Counted from the first letter of the whole stretch, positions 1 to 13,457 are shown. The stretch: DNA of 61,816 nucleotides, filler included, from Pirum gemmata (GCA_002812295.1; 12 parts of 12 records of this genome joined end to end with filler, not necessarily neighbours in it); one strand, 5' to 3'. Notes: generated by a model from the letters alone, not told the origin. Translations and numbers: made by a program.

Positions 1-171
1 AAATAAATAAATAAATAAATAAATAAATAAATATTTGGAATATAGTATGAACTATATGACCCATTAAATGGGAAGGAAATACTATTTTCGTAAATGTATT
101 TTTAGTAAACGTATTATTTTGTACTATAAATAAGGTTTGTTTTCAAAAACAACCAAAACAACAACAAATTT

Positions 172-1494
172 TTAATGCTTTACTGTAGTAGGCACTGCCT
201 CCATTCTGTTCCGTTTCTTCTTGGACATTAATTGTTGCAATTGTTTCATTTTATCTTTAGTACGGTTATTTTCAATATTGGCTATTTCTTCCTCTTGCTT
301 AATTTTTTCAACATTAATTACACACAATTTGTTCTTCTTATTTTTCGATATACCATGACTTTGTGACCGCGCACTATTATTTTTCGCACCAAAAATACTA
401 CTATACTTACTAATACTAGAAAGAGATGCCTTAGGGGTTCTCGATTTGTTGTTTGAAGAAGATGATGATGAACAAATACATTTTGGCCCTTTTGGTACCT
501 TTTTCTTATTACTATCAGTAGATTCATTAGTACTTTTAAGCCGTTTTGCATTATTACTTTTTGCTTCGTCACTACTAGATTCGTGGGCACGTTTCCCTGA
601 TTCCGGTTTAGCAAAAAGTTCTTTTCCTTCACTTTCTTTATTTTCGCAAAAACTACATTTTTTGCTGCCATCCTCCTCACAGTTTTTTGAAACTTTACTA
701 CTTTCTAGATTTACTGAAGCAGCAGGTTTTTTGGCTTTCGTTTCATTCTTACCATTTTGGATGTTGTCACTTTGCTGTTTGGAATTAATAATATTCGTGG
801 TAGGGATGGTGGTGGTGGCATCGGTTTTGTTCTTCTTATTGTTACTACTATTAAGAAGTTTGTTATTTTCATTATAAAATTTTTCAGCAATACGTTTAGT
901 TTTGGAAGTACTAGATTCCCTGTCCACACAACTGGGTTGATCGTCAACTTTCATACTTTTCAGATTATTTAAAAAACTTTTGTGACTAAAACTTTTCTTT
1001 GAATTTTTCAACATACCATTACGTTCCTCAATAGGGACATTATGGTTTGTATTTTTTTCGCCATCGTTACTACTACTATTACTACTACTATTACTACTAC
1101 CATTACTATGGGTACCCTTACCAAAAGTTGTTGGGGTTTCGCTCGCAATAGAAAATACTGAAGATAATAAAGAAGAGGAATGTATTTTACTTTTCTTTCT
1201 CAAAAGTTTCTCTTTCTTACTCAATATTTTTTCTTGAAGATTGTGTATAAATTCGGTATCCGATTCGGTTTCGATAAGGTCACCATTTTCGAAATAATCA
1301 TCATCGTCATCATCATCGTCATCATTATTGTTGACCACGACCTCCTCTTCATTAGCATCAGAATGATCTTCTTCGTCCTCCTCCTCAATAACATTATAAT
1401 TTTTTCTGGCATTTTCCTCCGTCGAATCTACCTTCTTACTGATAGCAGAAGTAATTTCATCCTGCTCGTTATCGTTATCATTATCATTATCATT

Positions 1495-1557
<63 letters not shown>

Positions 1558-2313
1558 TTGTTGTTCTTCTTCTTCTTCTTCTTCTTCTTCCTGTTCTTCA
1601 TCAAAACCCAGTTCAAAATCGCCACCATGCCCGTGTAGTATCATTCTTTTAAAGGGTCGAAGAGGGTCATCGCTTAAATCTTCATCAAAATCTTCATCCT
1701 CCAATTCTTCCAAAAAAGCTGAAGTTGATATCCCTCGACTTGACCACGTATCACCAAGTCCCAATAACCCACTCTTAATTTTTGGATACAACATTATAGT
1801 TGTTCCATCAGTAACATTATGATCTTTGGTCAAATGACCTTTAACAAGCTCTTTCTTCTGGTTTATTAACATTAACTGTTGTCCTGCAGGTTCAATTTTA
1901 GATCTAAAAAATATTTTCAACTTTAAAATATCTACAGTGCAATTGTCAGCGTTAATTTTATAATTTTCTTGTGTACCCATTAATGTTTTTACTATAATAT
2001 TTATATAGTTACCTTTTTTGCTTTTTGATGCCTTTTCTTTTAAACTTTTATTTTTTCCTTCGTTTTTTGTGTCATTTTGCTTATTAGTTTTGCTGTCAGT
2101 GTTGTTAGGGTTATTAGTGTTCTTGGTGTTAGTTGCTGTTGTTGCTATTGTTGTAGTTGTTGTAGTTGTGGTGGTTGTAGGATCTGTCACTGAAATTTCA
2201 GGGTTTGATTTTTTAGTTACCGCAACATTGGTAGTGCCACTTTTACTAGGGGAAGTGCTTGTCGACAGCGCACTATCAGTTTTGCTATCATTGCTTGTAA
2301 ACCCAGGTGGCAT
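172..2313 (-). CDS. Ubiquitin-like-domain protein, ZFAND4/ANUBL1-like N-terminal UBL, long acidic/low-complexity region, no AN1 finger seen
   Basis: Long ORF; the ATG at 2313 (MPPGF) is the likely start rather than the TTG at 2340. UBL: INIIVKTLMGT...TVDILKLKI...IEPAGQQLM...HNVTDGTTIMLYPKIKSG. C-terminal ENNRTKDKMKQLQQLM resembles the conserved EN..T..KM..L helix of ZFAND4 proteins. Confidence 0.75.
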
Positions 2314-3112
2314 TGTACTTTGAAAATGAAAATTATCCAAAATAATATAATAGATACTATAGTTCTTGTGTTATTCTCTTACACTATTACACGTGTGTGT
2401 GTGTATTTACTACAATTTTAATACAAACAAACTAGAAACCCCATTCCAAAAAATAACAACAAAAATATACAAAAAATAACTGTAAAGAAAAAACTAATGT
2501 GATAAAACAATTAAAAAATGGGTCAAAAAACAGATGAAATTAATATAAATCAAATACGAACTAGTAGTCTACACTACTACGACTATATTATAACTAAAAA
2601 ATGAATACAAGTAATGTGTAAATGAATAAAAAAAGTTTACAAGAAATTTGAAAATTTTTACACAGTAAAAACAACAATAATAAGCGGGTAATAACAGTAA
2701 TAACAATAAAATTGTTTATACAAACAAACTAGATAAAAAAACAATACTATACTACTATACTACTATACAATACAACACTACACTTCATTACACTATACAC
2801 AACAGTTAAACATAGTAGTATAAACAATGAAGTTAACAAAAATGAGAGTAACAATGGCAGTTGTAATAATAATTCAATAATAAAACTATAATAATACCAA
2901 TACCAATACTAATACTAGCACTAATACTAACAATAAAAGTAATGATAATGATATGACAATACACTAATAATGATAATGATAATAATAAAAATAATGACAA
3001 AGTAAAAATAATGATAACAATAATAATAATAATGATAATAATGATAATAATGATTATAATGATAATAACGATAATAATGATAATAATGATAATAATGATA
3101 ATGACAATAATG

Positions 3113-3154
<42 letters not shown>

Positions 3155-3289
3155 TGAAGAATGGCCAAGTATTATTATTTTCACCATTAGCACAATCATT
3201 CCACTATCATAAATTCGTATAACGTTGTAAAAGTTATAAAGTAACAACGAAAAAAAAAGATTTATTACTTCTATCTTCATTTATAGAAT

Positions 3290-4340
3290 ATTCAAAAAAC
3301 TCATACTACAACAAAATCACAAAAAAGACAATTTCATAAAACTATAAACAAAAAATCAATAGTTAAAAACTTATTATAACCGAATAAAAGCTAATGTCAC
3401 CATCTCTGCTATTAATAATATCATCAACAGCAACATTACTAATATCATCAGAGTTCTTTATTTTACTCTGTATCAGAAGTTTAGCCCATTTACTAAATGA
3501 GCAAAAACTTCAAACAAAAAAAAAAGGGGTCACTACAAATAAAATACCCATAGTTAAAAACTTAATCGAATAAGAGCTAGTAGTGCGTGTCACTATTCCC
3601 GTTATGAATGATATCATCCGCAGCAACATCAATAATATCATCATCAACAACATTACTAATATCATCAGTGTTCTTTGTTTTACTCTGTATCAGAAGTTTA
3701 GCTTATTTACTAAAATCAGCAATAACTTCAAACACAAAAAAGAGGTATATTAATATAAAACTACAAATACAAACACCCATGATTAAAAACTTAATCGAAT
3801 AAGAGCTAGCAGTGCGTGCCACTATTCCCGTTATTAATAATATCATCATCAGCAACAATAATAATATCATCATCAACAACATTACTTATATCATCAGTAT
3901 TCTTTGTTTTACTCTGTATCAGAAGTTTAGCTTATTTACTAAAATCAGCAAAAATTTCAAACACAAAAAAGAGGTATATTAATATAAAACTACAAATAAA
4001 AACACCCCCATAGTTAAAAACTTAATCAAATAAGAGCTAGCAGTGCGTGCCACTATTCCCGTTATTAATAATATCATCATCAGCAACATTAATAATATCA
4101 ACAACATTATTAATATCATCAGTGTTCTTTGTTTTACTCTGTATCAGAAGTTAAGCTCATTTACTACAATCAGCAAAAACTTCAAACACAAAAAAGAGTT
4201 ACATAAAACTACAAATAAAAACACCCATAGTTAAAAAGTTAATCGAATAAGCTAATATACGTAGTGAGTGTGTCACCATTTCCATTATTAATAATATCAT
4301 CAGCAGCAATATTACTAAAATCAGCAAAAAATTTAAATAG
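3290..4340. repeat. Degenerate tandem repeat, ~5 units of ~190-230 bp, similar to the 3' end of the adjacent nucleotidase exon
   Basis: TAGTTAAAAACTT(A)ATCGAATAAGAGCTAG-like motif recurs near 3360, 3551, 3780, 4011 and 4228; a related motif is at 4467 inside the CDS. Confidence 0.85.
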
Positions 4341-4434
4341 TGTTTTGCATCTTGATTATATCTAAAACACGTTCCCTACATTTTTTTTTAAAATAAATAT
4401 TCTAAAAGCTCATACAACAAAGACAAAAAGAGAA

Positions 4435-4817
4435 TTACAAACATAAAACTACAAAAAAAACACAAATAGTCAAAAACTTATTCGAATGAGAATTAGTTGT
4501 ACCGCTATTATAATTATCAATATCATCATCAGGAACATCATTACTATCACCAATACTTTGTTTAGTTGAAATCCTATTCTCTGCAACGGCAGTCAATCCC
4601 TTTTCCTTCTTCTCTCTAATAAAATCAGCAAAAACTTCAAATAAGGTTTTACCTTGATTAACTAAAACACGTTCATCTTCAATATCATCAATAACTTTGT
4701 AACCATCACCACCACCTGCAACAAAGGAGTTAGTAACTAGCAAATATTTTGGTACTTCTTCGTCTTTTGAAATTTTTTTCCCTTTAACAAACACAGATTT
4801 TACTCTTGTAATTGAAC
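4435..4817 (-). CDS. 5'-nucleotidase/apyrase family, last exon (C-terminal domain plus hydrophobic tail); upstream exons lost at the contig end
   Basis: YLLVTNSFVAGGGDGY matches the Y.V.TN.F.A.GGDGY motif of the 5'-nucleotidase C domain. CAG acceptor at 4820-4818. Hydrophobic C-terminus FLTICVFFVVLCL may be a GPI or membrane signal. Confidence 0.8.
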
Positions 4818-5815
4818 CTGTGAATTAATTCAGGGTAAAAAATACAATTGGTTATTCCATGATCTAGTGTTATTGCTATTGTTATTGTGATTAGTATTAT
4901 AATTATTGTTAATTTATATGTATATGAATAATTAATAGTATTGTCAACACACACACACACNNNNNNNNNNNNNNNNNNNNNNNNNNNNNNNNNNNNNNNN
5001 NNNNTTAATTAATTAANNNNNNNNNNNNNNNNNNNNNNNNNNNNNNNNNNNNNNNNNNNNTAAATAATAAATAATAATAATAAATAATAAATAATAAAAT
5101 AATAATAAATAATAATAATAATAATAGCGTTCCCATTAACCGAATGTCAAATTAAGCAATATTTCAAACCTCTAAATCATGAGGGGTCGTGGCGACCCGT
5201 TTTGACTGCCATGCCTTGATTTATATTTATAAAATATTGTGATTTTCAAAAAAATTGAAGTTTGGAGGTGGTTAAGCATTGCTTTAAACCTTTAAATCAT
5301 GAGATTCAGCATAAACAAACCATTACATTGTTTCGAACAAGTTAATTAATTAACTAAATGAGTTGATTTTTGGCAATTTTTTATTTTTTTAACTACACGT
5401 GGACATCCGAAATTAAATTTTGGGGGGTGTTTTTTTTTTAGTCTATACCTGGAATCGGCATTTGGGGGAGCTGCAATCAAAAAAATAAAAAAAAACTGTA
5501 AAATTAGTTTAGTTCAATTAATGGTTATAAATATGGACCCATTACTAATATTTAATATTTAACTATTTCATACAATTATTTTAACTACAACTTTACTTTT
5601 TAGTTTACTATTGTTCCACAAAAATTCATCGACTTAATGCTTCCTCAATAAACAACATACAATCAGCTTAATTAAAAACTTAGGTACTTTTCGAACATAA
5701 ATACAATTAGTAAATGAAGTGCTTGAGACTAACCCTAACCCTAACCCTAACCCTAACCCGAGACTTTTACACGAAATTCAAACTTAATTCAAAACTTACG
5801 TACTTTTCGAACATA

Positions 5816-5958
5816 TTTTGTCACTCTGAATATTTATTTGGAGGGTTATAATCTTTACATCGATAATAAAATATACCAAATTAAATTAAATGGATTTATA
5901 TTGTATTAATTTGGTACTATTTGTTTTTTATTTTATGATGACAAAACAACTACAGTGC
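5816..5958. mobile_element. MITE family A, truncated copy
   Basis: TTTTGTCACTCTGAATATTTATTTGGAGGGTTATAAT...ATGACAAAACAACT matches the full copies. Confidence 0.75.
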
Positions 5959-6184
5959 TTGTGACTTTTACAGGAAATTCGAACATAAGATTTTCGAGCT
6001 TTTCATACTTGATAAAAGGTAACCAGTTTGTTCTAACCTAATTCGAAAATGATAGCCTCATTTACCATTTTCTGTTTTTTTATTTTTTTTTTTGTTTTTT
6101 TTTTTNNNNNNNNNNNNNNNNNNNNNNNNNNNNNNNNNNNNNNNNNNNAAAAAAAAAAAAAAAAAAAAAAAAAACTTTTATAAA

Positions 6185-6780
6185 AAATAAAATTAGTGCA
6201 AAAAATAAAAAGATTGTGCAACTCTGTCTACTCTGTGGCTCATGCAGCTATTGATAACTCTATGGTCCTCATGCCGCCCACTCGTCGCCCAGTCCCACCC
6301 TCACGCTCTTTGGTTGGAGTCTTTGCTCTTCGAAGACTCTTCCTATTTGAAGTTCCTAAATACTCACAAATTAAAAAAATATTTTTTAAGCGAATAAAAA
6401 AAAAGGTAGGATGGTTTATTATTTACTATTATCAACAATTACCAAATGTAATTTGTTTGTATTATTATTAGGATGTAAATATTTTTTATTACCATATGAT
6501 AGTCTAAACTCTTTTTTTTTTTTTTCTTTCAAAACAAAAACCTAGGATATGTGACTGGAGACTAAGTTACAATTACTACTATTGTATTGTAATATATAAT
6601 ATTATTATACAATTATACATATATAATACATCATGATACTACTATAGCTACTATTACTACTATTACTATTACTGCTACTACTACTACTATTACTATTATC
6701 GTTACTACTACTACTACCCTAAGCCTAAGCCTAAACCTGACCCTAACTACTACCACTACTACCACTACTATTACTATTAT

Positions 6781-6846
<66 letters not shown>

Positions 6847-7142
6847 CTAGTATTAGTACTATTACTACTACTATTACTACCACTACCACCACTACTACTA
6901 CTACTATTACTATTACCACTACTACCACTCCTACACCTACCACTACCCCTATCACCACCACCACCACCACCACCGCCATTATTACTACCTCAACCACTAG
7001 CACTACTTCGACCACCACAACCATCACCACAACATATCACTACTACTACTACTACTACTACTTCTTCTACTCCTACTACTACTACTACTACAATAACAAC
7101 AATAACAACAACAAACACAACCACAACAAAAACCCGGGTGAG

Positions 7143-7192
<50 letters not shown>

Positions 7193-7729
7193 GGTGGTAT
7201 TAATAGTAATTATAGTTGTTATTGTTGTTGTTGTTGCTGTTGTTGTTGTTATTGTAGGTGGTGGTGGTGGTGGTGAGGGTTGTGGTGTTAGAATTAGTGC
7301 TAGCTAGTGGTTGAGGTAGTGATATTTTTATTAGAAAATATATCAATTAATACACACTAATAATAAATATTACCAAATTGATATAATATGAATCCATTTA
7401 ATTTAATTTGGTAAATTTTATTATCTATTATATTAATTTAAAAATGTTAATTTAAAGATTATAACCCTCCAAATAAATATTCAGAGTGACAAAGTAAATG
7501 AATAGCACGGTAGACTCTGTCTGTCTGAGTCAAAACTTGTCTGGACTTTAGACGCCTCTATTGTTACATCATTCTGAGTGAGTGTCATCCATTGATTCCA
7601 TTCATGCAAAAAACAATAAAAAACAATAAATAAAAAAAGAAGAAGAAGAATAATAATAATAATAAATAAAATAAATAATTTAATTAAAAATGCATTGTAG
7701 ACCTCCCTATCAGCTCCCTATATATTATT

Positions 7730-7787
<58 letters not shown>

Positions 7788-8165
7788 AAAAAAACAAACA
7801 AACAAACAAAAAATGAACTCCTTGTATCATTTACAGTTTATTAACCTGTTTATTTACACTTTATTTACTAGGTTCATTTACATAGTTTAGACTAATAAAA
7901 AATATTTATAACACAAATAAATTATATTTGGATAACAGTCATAATAGTGTCATAATAGTGGATAATAGTAAATAATAAACCATCCTACCTTTTTTTTTAT
8001 TCGCTTAAAAAACATTTTTTAATTTGAGAGTGTTTGGGAAGAGTCTCCGAAGAGCCAAGAGGGGCGACGTGCGCGTGTGGACTATAGAATTATCAATAAC
8101 TGCGTGAGCCACAGAGTAGACAGAGTCGCACAATCATCTTTTTATTTTTTGCACTAATTTTATTT
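6185..8165. repeat. ~2 kb imperfect palindrome/foldback with ~200-250 bp outer arms
   Basis: 6185-6433 is the reverse complement (with indels) of 7961-8165. Inner CTA/CAC tracts mirror TAG/GTG tracts around CCCGGG at ~7136. Confidence 0.85.
7330..7511. mobile_element. MITE family A, decayed copy inside the palindrome
   Basis: TACCAAATT...AATTTGGTA...CCCTCCAAATAAATATTCAGAGTGACAAAGTAAATGAATAGCAC. Confidence 0.75.
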
Positions 8166-8898
8166 AGAAACTATGTTTTTTTTTTTTTTTTAGATGTTTT
8201 TTTTTTTTTTTTTTACTTTTAATTTTACTTACTGTTATTGTTTTCACAATTATTAATGATAAATTTCTAAGTTACATTAAATTTTACATTTTTCTCACGT
8301 AATAACAAGTATCTAAATAACAAAGAACAAAGAACAAATTCTACTTCTCCTTCGACTTTTACATGTACTTGTACTTGTACTTGTACTTGTACTACTTTGT
8401 ACATGTATTAATACTTCTATTTGTACTTATAATTACAATTGTACTTACACTTTTACATTTACGTGTACATCTACTACACCTGTCATACTTGTACCTGTAC
8501 TTGTACTTTTTACTTCTATCATACTTTTATAACAAACAACAAACAACAAAACAACAAAACAAAATATAATAAACAAACAAACAAACAAACATAAAAGATG
8601 TTTTTTTTTTTTTTTTTTNNNNNNNNNNNNNNNNNNNNNNNNNNNNNNNNNNNNNNNNNNNNNNNNNNNNNNNNNTTAGAAAAATAAAAAAGAATATCAT
8701 ATATAAACGGAGGGAAAATTAGACAAAATTTGTTAATTTTAAAAATAAGTTTTTTATTTTATTTTTTTAAAGTAGTTTTTTTAATATTATTAAAAAGAAT
8801 CAATTTTTAAAGGTCACCTAAGAAGCAAAGATATTTCTTGCCTCCCCTTTTTTTTAATTTACAAGCATTTTCTATAATAATAATTATAATAATAATAA

Positions 8899-10248
8899 AT
8901 GAAATTTGCAAATATCTTAGCATTAAGTGCAACTCTATTTGCTTCAGCAAATGGTCTTTCTCCATGCCCACAATCATGCACGGACTATGGCTTTATGGTA
9001 GATAAAAACGAATCCGTATTTTGCCAAGAAAGAAGTGGCAAGTGCTATTCGGGCAATTCTTGTCATGGTAGTCAAATAAAATGTACAAATCCAGGATCTT
9101 CACAAGGTAGCGTGGGTGACAATGACGCCAATATACCAGATTGCAACTGTGAACAATTTGCACCGTTAATATTTGAAAATGCCGCAGAGTTTTGTCAAAC
9201 AGGACCAACATATTGTAGTTCTAAGTCGGATTGTTTTGCGTTTCGGGGGGTTGTGTGCAGAAACAGGGGAAACGCAAAACCCCAACCCCCAAGTGCAGCA
9301 CCACCTACACCATCATCAACTCCTGTACCAATCCAATCAGTGTCATCCTCACTACCTACACCATCATCCTCTCCTGTACCAACCCAATCAGTATCAGCAC
9401 CATTACCACAGACAAGTGAGCCACCAAAATCGAGTGCACCACCTACACCATCATCCTCTCCTGTACCAATCCCATCAGCATCAGCATCAGCATCAGCATC
9501 AGCATCAGCATCAGCATCGTCACCACAGACAAGTGATCCACCAATATCGAGTGCTTCTGTACCAATCCCATCAGTATCAGCATCGTCGCCACAGACAAGT
9601 GCACCACCATCAACTAAAGCGACTCTAACTACTACACAAGCTGTACCACCTTCCTCTTCAGCACCCCAAACCACTGTTCAACCTGTACCACCTTCCTCTT
9701 CAACACCCATACCTGTTCAAACACCACAATCTACACCAGCTCCAGTGTCGCAAACCACTACACAACCTTGTTCAACATCCGCTCCAGCACCTCAAACATC
9801 TGTGCCATCATCATCATCATCATCATCATCCTCAAACACACCTTCTTCTGTTCAAACACAATCGACATCAGTACCTCAAACCACTAATCATGCTGTACCC
9901 CAAACCTCCACACCATTACAATCGCAAGCAAAACCAAAACCAAACCCCAGCTCCACAGTTGCACATATTCCAACATCTTCTGTCCAGCTTAACCCAGCCC
10001 GAGTAGAAAATGATGCGGATAATAACAAGTCCTCAACTAATGTTGGTGCAATTGTTGGTGGAGCCGCTGCAGGAGCCGCTGCAGTTTTAGCCGCTGCTGG
10101 TTTCGCTGCGTATAAACATTTTTCACCTTCTGCACCAGACTTTGATGATGGGAAACTTGGTCCTGACATGACCGGCCAAGATTTCTCAAACAATGTTTTG
10201 TATGAGTCAAGTGTGATTGAAGGGGTTAATCCCGTGCATTTACCTTAA
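8899..10248 (+). CDS. Type-I membrane glycoprotein: signal peptide, two Cys-rich repeats, S/P/T mucin stalk, Gly/Ala TM helix, Sib/integrin-beta-like tail
   Basis: Signal MKFANILALSATLFASANG; two FCQ...C...C...C.N modules; TM VGAIVGGAAAGAAAVLAAAGFAAY; tail NNVLYES...NPVH. Confidence 0.9.
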   Translation: MKFANILALSATLFASANGLSPCPQSCTDYGFMVDKNESVFCQERSGKCYSGNSCHGSQIKCTNPGSSQGSVGDNDANIPDCNCEQFAPLIFENAAEFCQTGPTYCSSKSDCFAFRGVVCRNRGNAKPQPPSAAPPTPSSTPVPIQSVSSSLPTPSSSPVPTQSVSAPLPQTSEPPKSSAPPTPSSSPVPIPSASASASASASASASSPQTSDPPISSASVPIPSVSASSPQTSAPPSTKATLTTTQAVPPSSSAPQTTVQPVPPSSSTPIPVQTPQSTPAPVSQTTTQPCSTSAPAPQTSVPSSSSSSSSSNTPSSVQTQSTSVPQTTNHAVPQTSTPLQSQAKPKPNPSSTVAHIPTSSVQLNPARVENDADNNKSSTNVGAIVGGAAAGAAAVLAAAGFAAYKHFSPSAPDFDDGKLGPDMTGQDFSNNVLYESSVIEGVNPVHLP

Positions 10249-11275
10249 AAAAGATACGAAAATCTCAGTTTTATTTAGGTGTTTAAAATTTCCAAATTAG
10301 TAATAAAGTTTAAAATAACAAAAATACAATCAAAATAGTTCTATCTTTATATACAATATATTTCTAAAACTTTATTATTAGAAAATATATGTGAATTAAT
10401 TACATGTAGTTGCTTAGTTAATATGTTTAGGATATCGTATTGAAAGCTTTTAAGGTGCATTGCTCATACACCCATAAGGATATACTTGTAGTCGTTGATT
10501 ATAAACTAAGTCTTTGAGTTCGCACATTATGTGTTTTTAAAAATCACATATTGTTTTTTGTATTTTTGTTGTTGGAGTTTTTGTTGAAAATCTTGAACAT
10601 TCCAAAGTTTTATGACGTTACCAAACTCTAATATTATAATATGAAAATGACGATGTAGGGTAGTTGAAATAGAATTAGAATCAATTTAGGGTATATGGCA
10701 TTTTTTTACACGTGATTCATTTTACCAATGTTATTTTTGTATGTAAAATTAAAGATTGATATAGTATTAATATTAACAATTATGTAAATAAGAATAACAT
10801 AGAGTAGAGAATTATCGTTGTTGTCGACGTCTAAATGAAGACTATGACAAAATCAAGAAGATATTGCTATCATATATATATACCTCCATATAGTTAGTTT
10901 TGCAAGATATGGGTTACCACCCCGGATAATATTACTTTGGTCAATACTTTAATTTTGTGTTTCATTTATTGGTTTGTATTTTTTTTTTCAAATTTACTAA
11001 TATTTTTTACTATTTGTTTACTTTTTATTAGTAATTACCGTTAATAATACCGTGCTTTTCAGTTGTTTTGTCATCTGTTAAACCTGGGGATAACCACTAC
11101 NNNNNNNNNNNNNNNNNNNNNNNNNNNNNNNNNNNNNNNNNNNNTTAATTAATTAANNNNNNNNNNNNNNNNNNNNNNNNNNNNNNNNNNNNNNNNNNNN
11201 ATAATAATAATAATAATAATAACACCAATAATATAATAATTAAAATATTTCATAACAACATTAGTATCACAGTAT

Positions 11276-11308
<33 letters not shown>

Positions 11309-11355
11309 TTAGTTAATTTAAAATATTTCATAACAACATTGTAATATCACAATAT

Positions 11356-11390
<35 letters not shown>

Positions 11391-11543
11391 GATAATAATG
11401 ATATTTATAATAGTAATTTATAGCAATAATAAATAACAATAAGTATAAATAATATTTTAAAATTAAGAGAATAAATATCATTATTAATTAATAAGATTTT
11501 ACAAAAAAAAGAATTCCCCCTGACAATAACTAACTACTTGAAA

Positions 11544-12569
11544 ATGTCTGCTGGAGTTCCACAACAACGAGACCAATATTTTCGAATATTTGTAAAAACT
11601 ATAACAGCAACGTAAGTATATTAATATATAATATATTTACATTATTATTATTATATGTTTTTTAGTTATTCTCATACTGTTATTAATTTTATTGCTATTA
11701 AAATTATAGTGCTTTTCAGTTGTTTTGTCATCATACAAATGCAATAAAGAGTACCAAATTAATACAATGTAAATCCATTTTATTTGATTTGGTATATTTT
11801 ATTATCTATTTATTCATTTTTAACAATGTCAATTAAAAAATTATAACCAACCGAATAAATATTCGGAGTGACAAAATAAATGAAAAGCACAATAGACTAA
11901 TTAATTAATACTTCTTTTACTTGTGGGGGATACGGGTAAACATAATCGAATCAAACAGCTCGATCGTAATTATTAAATATGTATAGTGACAATTTTGGAA
12001 TGATATTCTTTTTTTTTTTCGAGTTTCAAGTTTTTTTTATGAAATTTTTAAAGAAATCAAAATAGAGTCAATACTTAAAATTAGATCGAAAAATTTGAAA
12101 GTTTCAAACTAGTCTCGGTTCGATGGTCACATCTCCTTATATATCATCATCAAATATTATATTTCTACATGAATATGCACTAATAAGTGATGTATCATCA
12201 TAAATATTACGATTTTTGTTTTATTTTTTTCTATGTTATTCCTACTTACCTTTTTTTTCCCTTTTCTTACCTCTTATAATATTTAGGTGCTTTGAAATAC
12301 AAATCACATCTGGCTGCACAATCAAACAAATAAAATATAGCTTATTTTCCCTATGTGGTTTACAGATTATTAACCAAAATCTATGTTTTGGTCATTCTGG
12401 ATTAGAGTTGATGGACGAATGCTTCGTTTCGGATTATCCAAGCATACAGGCCGACTCCACTTTAACTTTGTTCACCAAAATGTCGTCTGGTCCTTTAAGT
12501 TACGTTCCAATGTATCTAAATGCTAACAGCAATAATATTGTTAACAATAACAACAACAACAACAACAAC

Positions 12570-12606
<37 letters not shown>

Positions 12607-13198
12607 TGAATCTTTATAAATATAACTATCAACACGAAACTTATTGTACAAAGAAACACAAACTTTTTTATGAAATATGTCCACTGGACGAAAATTATGG
12701 GAATAGTGAAATATACTTGGCAGCCAAAACAGCCACAGGGGAAGTGAATAATAATAACAAGCCAAAAAACATCGAAGTTTCTGAATACCACTTTATAACT
12801 CCTTTACTTGAAAATATATTTTCGGCTCTTGCGTCTGCCAACTTATCTAATCTATGGAAAAATAACGAATTAGTCGAGATGAGTTTATATTGGGAAGGGT
12901 ATTGGTATGACCTGATTTTACGCAAAAAGTGCTTCTGCCCTTGTACCGTAAAAAAAACGAAAACAACCAACTGTTTTACTTCCAACCTCTTTAACATAAC
13001 TATAAACACACGTTTAATGGAGATACACTCGGATTTTAAACAAGACCATATACTAAACAAATTTACCGTTGAATTCGCTGAGAACAACGATTTTAGTATA
13101 AGGGAATGTGGCGTGGATAGAGTTTATAAATTCGAATCTCAATTTTCGCCACCAACAACACCAACAACAACACCAACAACACCAACAACAACAACACC

Positions 13199-13250
<52 letters not shown>

Positions 13251-13457
13251 GCAAAAAACGTAGTACGTTCAACAGTAATGCCTCCACCTACGGCACAACA
13301 AAGAGTACCACAATTACATAGAAGTGGAAATCATAGATTTAAAAATAGTGGGAAAATTCAAAAACCAAACTTTAAACCACAAGAGTTGCTTACGAAATCG
13401 AAAATGGAGGATATTTTGGGGCATATTAGACAAAGAAAACAAAAACGCAAGGTTTAA
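11544..13457 (+). CDS. ZFAND4-like ubiquitin-domain protein; exons 11544-11611 and 12287-13457
   Basis: Splicing AC|gtaagt...ag|G gives MSAGVPQQRDQYFRIFVKTITATCFEIQI...LTLFTKMSSGP, matching the ZFAND4 UBL (FIETLTGTCFEL...MRGGP). C-terminal ELLTKSKMEDIL helix. Confidence 0.8.
11707..11892. mobile_element. MITE family A, full copy in an intron
   Basis: TIR TAGTGCTTTTCAGTTGTTTTGTCA...TGACAAAATAAATGAAAAGCACAA, with TA on both sides. Confidence 0.9.

Noticed and set aside
2833..3280. Poly-Ile/Tyr ORFs (similar ones at 6743, 39798, 46121-46621, 51750, 52751, 60110)
   Set aside because: Translations of microsatellites or N runs.
3608..4234. Three similar small plus-strand ORFs as a peptide family
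   Set aside because: They are antisense readings of the tandem repeat derived from the minus-strand nucleotidase exon.
9173..10193. Overlapping and antisense ORFs within the 8899 gene (likewise within 172-2313 and 32318-33188)
   Set aside because: Shadow frames of repetitive coding sequence.
12216..12286. Hydrophobic N-terminus of the 413-aa ORF as a signal peptide
   Set aside because: It is the intron's pyrimidine tract; the real first exon is 11544-11611.
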